Positions 56,991 to 64,000 of a stretch of DNA of 64,000 nucleotides are shown here, piece after piece. The stretch's first letter is position 1. Each line of letters begins with the position of its first letter. Location: the IMG/VR virus record IMGVR_UViG_3300050821_009430, positions 14,458-78,457 of that record; one strand, given 5' to 3'. Below the pieces are notes generated by a model. It worked only from the letters and a program-made list of their open reading frames with translations, was not told where the DNA came from and did no database searches. The position numbers were made by a program, and so were the translations under genes. This DNA is from a virus.

Positions 56991-59005
56991 GAGAACTGCA
57001 CTACGTCATTATTAGCCATTGTCCCACTCAGTGTGGCCGTCGTAGTGGTGGTCGCGGTCTGACTAATGATATCAGTTGGCGTTGTTTGATCGTTTGTGAA
57101 GCATGCCCATCCGTTAGGAGCGGTAAAGGCAAAAGTGAGGATGACAGTTCCGGCAACACAGGCACCGCTCGCAGTGAATTTTCCAGAGGTATTGCCACCC
57201 ACTTGAGTTGTAATTGAACATGAGCCTGAGCCAGTTGGAGCCGAACCGCCGTACACGACACTGCGTAACTTTGCTTCGCGGAAGGTACCGTGCGTTCCAT
57301 TGTCGATCTCGACCACACCGGCAGCGTTTCTGTAGAACGCCGTATCACAGGCTCCTGTCGCATCGGCGCTGCCAGACCAACAAAATTCAGCGGTATTGCC
57401 TATAGAGGTAAATAAAGTTCCTACATCCAACAGGCCAATCGAATTGGTCATAAATACCTGAAAGGCGCCGGGTGTATTAGCATAAAGGTTGGAGCCATCC
57501 TCTTCAAAGGCATAATTCGTAGAACTCGGAGTTGCAGAGCCTAGCCACATTGCCGGGAGTGATTGCGATATGCCAAGTGCGAACTGCGTCGTTCCTCCCA
57601 ATTGAATATCGACGTATTTGCTTAGCGTATGGCTGGCCGTGTTCGTTATGTTCATGAACCATGGCGCGTCGAAGGTTGTGCCTGACGCATTCCATGTTGC
57701 GGTCGTATTGAGCGCCTTGAGATTTGTCGTGATCGTGCCGAGCGCGAGCAGCAATTGCCCTGTGCCGGGCGTCGTGATGCCTGCGGAGGCTTGAGCTAGC
57801 GATCCATCGGAATAGACAAACTGCCCGGCGGTGAAACCGCTTGTCGCCGTGCTATTGGCCGTCAAGGTGCCGGAAGCGGCTGTGGCCCAGCTAGGCAGAC
57901 CACTTGCCACAGTTAGAACTTGCCCGGTACTGCCAATACCGAGGCGAGTTAGGACCGCGCCGCCGCTTCGATAATAAATGTCGCCAGTAGCATCTGAGCC
58001 AAGCGTTGTCGTTACTTGGCCCAGAACATCGGAAGTAGCCGCAAGTGTCTTGTTCGTCAGCGTGTCGGTTGTGGCGCGGCCAAGGATTGTGTCGGACGAT
58101 CCCTGGAACGTATAAGTGAATGACGATGCCGGGAAAGCAAGTGTCGGAGCACCCGCCCCGGTTGTCGTTAGCGAGGCCGCAACGGTGATCGTGCTCGATC
58201 CGTTATTGATGCCAGTCCCACCGCTCGCACCGGCCAGTGGCAACGAGGCAAGTTGAGACGTGACCGCAACGGTGCCTGCGGTTCCAATAGCCAAGCCGCT
58301 ATCAGCCGCCTGATTTGACGAATTGCTGGAAATAAGATCGCCAACAGTAAAGCCGACCGTTGGCGTCACCGCTGCGATGATGCCAGCACTTGCACTACCG
58401 TTCGTTCGCCACAACGAATTAGTGCTATCGTACTGCAACGCCTGACTTGCGCCGGGTGTCAGATAGACGTTCTGGCCGAGGGAGAACTGATTTGCTGCGC
58501 TCGATGAGCCGGAAAGATTCGCGAGAATAATATTGTTGGTCGTGCCGTTATTGACCAGCACGACGATGCGGCCCGCAAGTCCGCCTGTCAGGCCGGTGAT
58601 GGTGCGATCCGCCGCGCCGCCGCTAATATAGACCGTGCTCGCCGTGCTATACGTTCCGGTGCCGGATGGCGTCCAATTGTTTTGATTGGCCGAGATTGTC
58701 GTAAATACATTCCCGGCAATCGAAAACGGGCCGGCAATATCGGGAAAGCCGGGCTGCGATTGCGTGAAAAGGCCGGTGCCGGCCGTGTACGAATCGAGCC
58801 ATTGATGCGTGACTTTGGCTATCGTCTGAGGGATAGTAAAATTTGAAAGGGGGATGGCCTTAGGAAAACCACCCGCAACACTCCCACAAACTGTATTTGC
58901 CGGAAACACCCCGCTGCAATTTGCTTGAGCAAAAGCAGCACTCGGCAAAAGTGCAAACAGCCATATGATTAGAAAGAGTTTAATCTTATTGTACAAGCCA
59001 GCCAC
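56975..59005 (-). CDS. tail-fibre/adhesin-like Thr/Gly/Ser-rich protein with signal peptide
   Basis: TDTLTNKTL and GDIYY...LTRLGIGSTGQVLTVASGLPSW fibre repeats; signal peptide AAFA-Q. Confidence 0.7.
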   Translation of the reverse strand: MAGLYNKIKLFLIIWLFALLPSAAFAQANCSGVFPANTVCGSVAGGFPKAIPLSNFTIPQTIAKVTHQWLDSYTAGTGLFTQSQPGFPDIAGPFSIAGNVFTTISANQNNWTPSGTGTYSTASTVYISGGAADRTITGLTGGLAGRIVVLVNNGTTNNIILANLSGSSSAANQFSLGQNVYLTPGASQALQYDSTNSLWRTNGSASAGIIAAVTPTVGFTVGDLISSNSSNQAADSGLAIGTAGTVAVTSQLASLPLAGASGGTGINNGSSTITVAASLTTTGAGAPTLAFPASSFTYTFQGSSDTILGRATTDTLTNKTLAATSDVLGQVTTTLGSDATGDIYYRSGGAVLTRLGIGSTGQVLTVASGLPSWATAASGTLTANSTATSGFTAGQFVYSDGSLAQASAGITTPGTGQLLLALGTITTNLKALNTTATWNASGTTFDAPWFMNITNTASHTLSKYVDIQLGGTTQFALGISQSLPAMWLGSATPSSTNYAFEEDGSNLYANTPGAFQVFMTNSIGLLDVGTLFTSIGNTAEFCWSGSADATGACDTAFYRNAAGVVEIDNGTHGTFREAKLRSVVYGGSAPTGSGSCSITTQVGGNTSGKFTASGACVAGTVILTFAFTAPNGWACFTNDQTTPTDIISQTATTTTTATLSGTMANNDVVQFSCAAY

Positions 59006-59426
59006 CTGTTGAAAGTGGAAGAAGAGTGATTGACTGATAATCCTGAGTTAGCACCGGGTTGGCTGATTGTCCATCAATCTTCTCACTGCCATTGGGCGTC
59101 AAAGTAGCATTTGTAGTGCTGAAAATGCCCGAAGCATTGCCTATGATTGTGACCGGGTTTGTCTTGGTAGCGCTGGGGGGCAGGTAAATATTTGGTACGG
59201 CCGCTTCTATGTAGATGAGACGATCACTGACACCAACATTGATTGTACCGGCCGAATTCACAATACGTGGATTGTAAACAATTTGTTGCTGCCCAAGCTG
59301 AGTAAGGGCGTTTGAAATATCGGTAAAAATAGAATTCCATGTAGCCGACGCAATGATTTCGCCGGGGAAAGCATTTTCAGCGCCATTCGGTGGAGTGTAC
59401 ACCCCTGAACTTGGATTGAAAGGGAT
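58986..59426 (-). CDS. tail protein, proposed ATC start
   Basis: AGGAGG-N5-ATC CCT TTC AAT; PFNPSSGVYTPP...ISNALT anchor domain; TP.GSEKIDG C-terminal motif. Confidence 0.7.
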   Translation of the reverse strand: MPFNPSSGVYTPPNGAENAFPGEIIASATWNSIFTDISNALTQLGQQQIVYNPRIVNSAGTINVGVSDRLIYIEAAVPNIYLPPSATKTNPVTIIGNASGIFSTTNATLTPNGSEKIDGQSANPVLTQDYQSITLLPLSTGGWLVQ

Positions 59427-59437
59427 ATCAGCCTCCT

Positions 59438-60358
59438 CTATGGCCTTCCGGCGAAGATGATCTTGTTGAACATGATCACGGGGGGCATTGTTGTAAGCGC
59501 TGTGCCGCTACCACCTAATGGCACCGTGCCGCTGATGGTCGTCGTAGTGGTGACAACAATTGCTTGGAAGTTTGCATTAATGGAACCGGCACCGGCACTT
59601 GCTGTTGCTAAAGCCGTGCCACCATTTATGCCACCTGATACAACCGATACTGACGCAGCGGCTAAGCCAGCCGAACTTAGATTCACGCTTGGGAGATTTG
59701 CCTGAGCAATGATTTGATTTTGAGCGCCGCCTGTGGCCCCAAGAGTGGTACCGGCTATACCCGAACCGGCTGAAGTAATACGGTTGGCAGCGGTACCCCC
59801 CATATTATCCACACCTGCCGAAATTCTACCCCGGCAATCGGGCAAGTTGAATGTGGTGCTGCCATCACCAATCCCATAAGTAGTGCCAATAGTATTAAAG
59901 AGTTCAGGATAATTAGTTCTTGATATGGCTTGCCCAAAACACAAATACCAACCGGCCGGGGCTGTGCCGCCGGCAAAATCAGTGACCATTCCTACCGGGT
60001 TGAGGAACGCACCGTTCGTATAATAAAGTTGATTACCACTTTTCCCGGTGCCTACTTGAGTGCTGTCAAGAAATACACCACCTGTGCCCGCCCCTGCACT
60101 GAGGCCCAATACCCCAGGGGAACTAAGATAAAGCCCTGTAGTGGCATCCCCAATAAACGTCACACCGGGCAAGCTTGCCGAACCGGCAAAGAACTTTAAG
60201 GGACCAATAATGGGTGTACTGCCATTAGCGGCAAGGGAGCCGGTCAGGGCGGTAGCAATATCGGCAAGATCAGAATTGACGGCAGCAGAAGAAATAACCG
60301 ACCCAGGCGTAAACGGTGCCTGTGGAAGCGTGTACGTTCCTGACGAATTTCGAGGTAT
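59438..60358 (-). CDS. tail-collar-domain fibre protein, proposed ATA start
   Basis: AGGAGG-N5-ATA CCT CGA AAT; collar motif PVG....FAG..AP.GW..C.GQAISRT.YPELF..IGTTYG.GDGSTTFNLPD.RGR. Confidence 0.85.
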   Translation of the reverse strand: MPRNSSGTYTLPQAPFTPGSVISSAAVNSDLADIATALTGSLAANGSTPIIGPLKFFAGSASLPGVTFIGDATTGLYLSSPGVLGLSAGAGTGGVFLDSTQVGTGKSGNQLYYTNGAFLNPVGMVTDFAGGTAPAGWYLCFGQAISRTNYPELFNTIGTTYGIGDGSTTFNLPDCRGRISAGVDNMGGTAANRITSAGSGIAGTTLGATGGAQNQIIAQANLPSVNLSSAGLAAASVSVVSGGINGGTALATASAGAGSINANFQAIVVTTTTTISGTVPLGGSGTALTTMPPVIMFNKIIFAGRP

Positions 60359-60389
60359 CTTAACCTCCTGCCGTTAAAGGAGCTTTATT

Positions 60390-60608
60390 ATGCTTTGGTA
60401 CTTCCTGCAAATCGTTGTCATCGTATGGCTCGTCCACCTTTACACAACACAATTAGCCCCGCATCAACCATTAGGTGACATAGTAATCTTTGCATCCCTG
60501 GTTGCCTATGCCCTGACTTTTATAATTTCCTTCACCATGGATTGCCTATTGGCCCTGTTGTGGCTGATTAAGCGCAGCCTGAGCCGCATCGGGGGCACGC
60601 ATAGATAA
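60390..60608 (+). CDS. small two-TM membrane protein, antisense within the late operon
   Basis: SD AAAGGAG; two hydrophobic helices. Confidence 0.6.
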   Translation: MLWYFLQIVVIVWLVHLYTTQLAPHQPLGDIVIFASLVAYALTFIISFTMDCLLALLWLIKRSLSRIGGTHR

Positions 60609-62162
60609 CAGTCTGATTGCAGAAGCAGGATCAAGTGAGGTAGCCGGTGATGGCAGCCACATTTGATTTTGAGCATAGGCTTGGGCCGGGGCGCTCTTTG
60701 CAATCGCATTGATGCCCTTACCGATCATTTTCAATGGTGTATCGATATAATAAGGGGCCAAAGCACCAAGGACCCCAGCTTCAAGATTATGTGCATACAG
60801 GCCACCGGCCGCACCGGCAGTTGCCGCCGCTGGGGGCAACCACGACATGGAATAGGGTTGGGGCCGTGTGCCAAGGATGCCTTGCCCGGCTTCGGCCAAC
60901 TGCTTGACGGGGGTATTCTTCATCATGGCACCCACCACCGGGCCAGGGCTGAGCGGCCCCGTAGTCCCTTTTCCGCCGGCTGCTTCGCTTGCCGCTTTCA
61001 AGCCCTGAAAGTCAGCCCAATCGCCCCGCCACTTCTGCCATGCCCCATTATAGGCACTTCCATTATTGGAACTATCTATGGCACTATCAAGCTGACTGCC
61101 CATATTACGCAATTCGGGCACGCCTGAGTTCTTCCAGCTATCGCTAAGGGCGTGATACTGCTTCCCGCTCAATTGGCCAGTAGACGATAATGTACTGAAA
61201 TCGGTAAGTGCCTTCTCAACATCTGGATTTTCAAGCGACGTGCCGCCATAGGCAAGCCTGTGCTGGCCTACAATATTGGCCAACCCATGTTGCAACCCTG
61301 GCGTCACCTGAAGATCAGTATTTTGTTCGAGATTTTGCACGGCACTAGATAACTGATTGCCACGCGCCGCGATCAAATCACTGGTAGGCAATGCCGAACC
61401 AGGTGGCCGTGTCACACCACCTTTGGACATCATGGCGTCACTGAGAGCCCCGCTTTGGCCCCCTGGTGGGGCACCTTCCAAAGTAGAGGCCAAACGGCTA
61501 CCGGAACGATCCGCCGCTGAAATTGGCACCCCATTAGACGCCAAAAGGTCAGCCATGCGGTTACGCTCAGGTAAAGCAGCAAATGGGGTGACAGCGGAAC
61601 GCACGCCGGCGGGCGCGCTATGGGCCGCCACTGCCCCAGCTATCCGGGCATAAGGTTCCAGTGAGGAGCCTTGCGTTCCTTCCCCGGCTGCTTCAGATCC
61701 TTGTGAGGCCAGCATACCCTTGGCCATAGAAGGTAAAAACTTCTCAGCCATCGCCGCCGAACCGGCTACGCTTGGTGCCCACTCCAAACCACTTTGTACA
61801 TATTTGCCCGGCGTGGTTTGGGCCTGATAAGCAGTGGATGGAAAATGTGATTCTATGGAAGGCATTACCCCTTCATAAGTGTATGGCTCAACCCCTTCAT
61901 GCAGTTGAGAAGCCACCCCACCCACTCTATTGCCGGGGCCGGCCAAATAATTGGAACCGGCCACTAAGCCACGTAAAGCAAGATCAGCCACGGTAGGTAC
62001 CGTTGTGACAGCTTGGGCTATGCCACGGGTTGCAGCGGCCGGTGCTACTTTCTTGATGTCTTCGGCAACGCTTGGCTTTTCAGCGCCTTTGGCAGCGCCC
62101 TGCTTCTGCGCAATCAGCGCATCGAGCTGCTCGTCGGTAAGATCAACAATCGGCTGAGCCAT
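60546..62162 (-). CDS. internal virion (DNA ejection) protein
   Basis: LTDEQLDAL N-terminus, YQAQTTPGKY, Gly/Ala-rich; position typical of podoviral ejection genes. Confidence 0.65.
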   Translation of the reverse strand: MAQPIVDLTDEQLDALIAQKQGAAKGAEKPSVAEDIKKVAPAAATRGIAQAVTTVPTVADLALRGLVAGSNYLAGPGNRVGGVASQLHEGVEPYTYEGVMPSIESHFPSTAYQAQTTPGKYVQSGLEWAPSVAGSAAMAEKFLPSMAKGMLASQGSEAAGEGTQGSSLEPYARIAGAVAAHSAPAGVRSAVTPFAALPERNRMADLLASNGVPISAADRSGSRLASTLEGAPPGGQSGALSDAMMSKGGVTRPPGSALPTSDLIAARGNQLSSAVQNLEQNTDLQVTPGLQHGLANIVGQHRLAYGGTSLENPDVEKALTDFSTLSSTGQLSGKQYHALSDSWKNSGVPELRNMGSQLDSAIDSSNNGSAYNGAWQKWRGDWADFQGLKAASEAAGGKGTTGPLSPGPVVGAMMKNTPVKQLAEAGQGILGTRPQPYSMSWLPPAAATAGAAGGLYAHNLEAGVLGALAPYYIDTPLKMIGKGINAIAKSAPAQAYAQNQMWLPSPATSLDPASAIRLLSMRAPDAAQAALNQPQQGQ

Positions 62163-64000
62163 TATTGTTTAGCAGGTTGCTGTTGTCTGCGCTGCTTCTC
62201 GGCTTGGAGATCTTCCAATGAAGGTTCGGCCCCCGGTGGTTTAGCACCTAAAATACCGCCACCTGAATTAGCCCCCTGTTTTTCATCGGCATCCAAGATA
62301 CTTTGGTAGTGATCTATCTGCTCGGGCGTAAACAATGGATTATTTTTCAAATAAGTATGGATAATTTGGTTCTGCCCGGCACTGGTAGGCCGATCGTTAG
62401 CGATGACAGGCTTGCCGGTTTGATCCGTCATCAAGTGTCCATCTTCATCCCATCGGTATCCTTGACGATACCAATTAGTCAGTTTGCCCAGCTCTGAAAG
62501 CTGATCCTGAGATTTAGCACTGATGTCAAGAATGGCCTGATTAGCCCCCAATGTATTATGCGGAGAGGCAGCCGCACGGTTGAGCAAATTGATCTCAGCC
62601 AAACGCACTTGCCCCAAACCCTGCAATTGTGACCTCATATCGCCAAGAATATTGGACGCTATGACTTTATCGAAAGCCTGATTATAGGCCACATTGGTGG
62701 AAGCACCCTTATCGCCCATAAAGGCTTTAGCCTTCTCCCACGCCATTTTAATGTCCGTGCCGGGGCCTTGGGTAAAATGTGGGTCATGAATTATCTTCTG
62801 CGCCAATGCGATCTGCGTACCCGCATTAAGGGCCTTATTACCGATAGTCTGGTAATTGGTGTAATCCTTATTGTAGCCTTCTATATCCTTACTATTGAAA
62901 TCCTTAGCCGCTTGTGTCTGAATTTCACGGTTCTGCGACCAATTAGCCAATTCACCCGGTGACATTCCATAAATATTGGGTGCCCCTTGCTGAGCCACCT
63001 TCTGCCCGGCTGGGGGCGCTTGTGCCGGGGCTGATTGTGGTGCTTCTTGGGGGGCAAACGAATAAGGTGGTTTCGTTGCCAATAATGGCGCTTGCTGTGC
63101 CGCTTCGGGGCCTTTGGTTATGACATCCGGCAAATTGCTCTGCCCACCACCTTCTTCGGCAAACTGAGATGCCTTGGGTGGCACCAAATCATGTGGCACC
63201 TCCTGTGCACCGGGGCCGGTTGATTGTGGGGCAGAAGGGACTGCTGCCGGGGCATTCTTTGCCCCAGGAAAACCAATAGAAGGTGCCCCAACACTACTGC
63301 CGGGGGGCGCTACAGTAATTGGCGTTGGCACCGAAACATCGCCAGCCTTGGTTTCACCCCAATGCACGTCGCCCGGAATAACCCAACGTTCGTTCGGGTT
63401 ACGTGGGTTGACAATAACATTGCTGCCATACGGGCCTTGCACCTGAAGCGGCTGATTTTGGCTGTAGTACATATCCGTAACAGCCTGCTTCTGTGCAGGG
63501 CTGGCTTGAGGGTTAGCCATGGTGGCTTCAAATTGCTGGCGTGTGACCGTAGGCCGCATGGGCAATGTGCCAGTGGGCTGATCGGTAGCACTACCACCCC
63601 GCATTGCAGGGGCCATGGACGGGGCAGGCAAGCCCGCTGGCGGCCTTTGCAGCGCCATAGCCGGGCTACCCTCAGTGCCGGGCGGTGGTGTAGCCAACGG
63701 GCCGCCTTGTGGCACAGTGGCAGGCTCACCATTGAAGCCCAACGCCTTGTTAAAGTTCTGCCCGTATTGAGCCACCGTCATGCCGTTCACATCGGTGGCA
63801 TTTGGGTTATTCATACCATGCTCACCAGCAAACCATGCTTTGGCCGCACCTTCGGGGCCATATTTCTGGGCAAGCTGGCCAAACTTGGTTCGATAAATAG
63901 CTTCCTGTGCTTCGGGGCTTTGCAAAAATTGCTGCGGTGTAAGGGATGTGCCGAGAACCTCCTTTGACCATTGAGGGATATTTGCGCCCATAACCTGATA
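62162..64000 (-). CDS. internal virion protein with lysozyme/transglycosylase-like domain (5' end outside window)
   Basis: YQVMGANIPQWSKE.LG..LTPQQFL.SPEAQEAI....FGQL..KYG..GAA.AWFAG; frame open to the window edge. Confidence 0.7.
   Translation of the reverse strand, partial: YQVMGANIPQWSKEVLGTSLTPQQFLQSPEAQEAIYRTKFGQLAQKYGPEGAAKAWFAGEHGMNNPNATDVNGMTVAQYGQNFNKALGFNGEPATVPQGGPLATPPPGTEGSPAMALQRPPAGLPAPSMAPAMRGGSATDQPTGTLPMRPTVTRQQFEATMANPQASPAQKQAVTDMYYSQNQPLQVQGPYGSNVIVNPRNPNERWVIPGDVHWGETKAGDVSVPTPITVAPPGSSVGAPSIGFPGAKNAPAAVPSAPQSTGPGAQEVPHDLVPPKASQFAEEGGGQSNLPDVITKGPEAAQQAPLLATKPPYSFAPQEAPQSAPAQAPPAGQKVAQQGAPNIYGMSPGELANWSQNREIQTQAAKDFNSKDIEGYNKDYTNYQTIGNKALNAGTQIALAQKIIHDPHFTQGPGTDIKMAWEKAKAFMGDKGASTNVAYNQAFDKVIASNILGDMRSQLQGLGQVRLAEINLLNRAAASPHNTLGANQAILDISAKSQDQLSELGKLTNWYRQGYRWDEDGHLMTDQTGKPVIANDRPTSAGQNQIIHTYLKNNPLFTPEQIDHYQSILDADEKQGANSGGGILGAKPPGAEPSLEDLQAEKQRRQQQPAKQ

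Noticed and set aside
59805-59813. Perfect DnaA box TTATCCACA
   Set aside because: Isolated, inside a conserved coding motif (GVDN) of the tail-collar gene.
1-64000. Integrase/att site, CRISPR array, RT-based systems (DGR, retron), tRNA genes, introns/inteins
   Set aside because: No supporting motifs were seen by eye; polA, helicase and recA frames are uninterrupted and of normal length.

Overview
This window is part of a large dsDNA bacteriophage genome. The host is most likely an alphaproteobacterium (GcrA, a CtrA-type DNA-binding domain, CTTGAC-N17-CTATAT-like promoters), and the ejection-type internal proteins suggest a podovirus-like virion. Layout: (1-7.9 kb, minus) a sugar-biosynthesis operon (HldE-like, GmhA, radical SAM, TPP E1 alpha/beta, three glycosyltransferase-like genes), apparently at the head of the late transcript; (8-12.6 kb) a divergent promoter region with small pre-early genes and structured non-coding DNA; (12.6-27.2 kb, plus) early genes, a MoxR-AAA/VWA module, a candidate origin, DnaB and SNF2 helicases and GcrA; (27.2-35.5 kb) a compositionally distinct island of small ORFs; (35.5-50.8 kb, plus) primase, sigma-like protein, MTase, beta clamp, CtrA- and DnaA-type DNA-binding domains, UDG-PolA fusion, clamp loader, UvsY/SSB/SbcCD/RecA/RuvC; (50.8-64 kb, minus) an enzyme-rich lysis cassette, signal-peptide-bearing tail-fibre/SGNH proteins, tail collar and ejection proteins. 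The most unusual signals are: recurrent 100-450 nt tracts in which GA occurs only as TGA and TC only as TCA; two tail genes that appear to start at ATA and ATC; a shared TATCGT box upstream of four promoters; and several sensor-less mimics of host regulators. No integrase, tRNA, CRISPR array or reverse transcriptase was recognised. All calls are by eye, without database searches.
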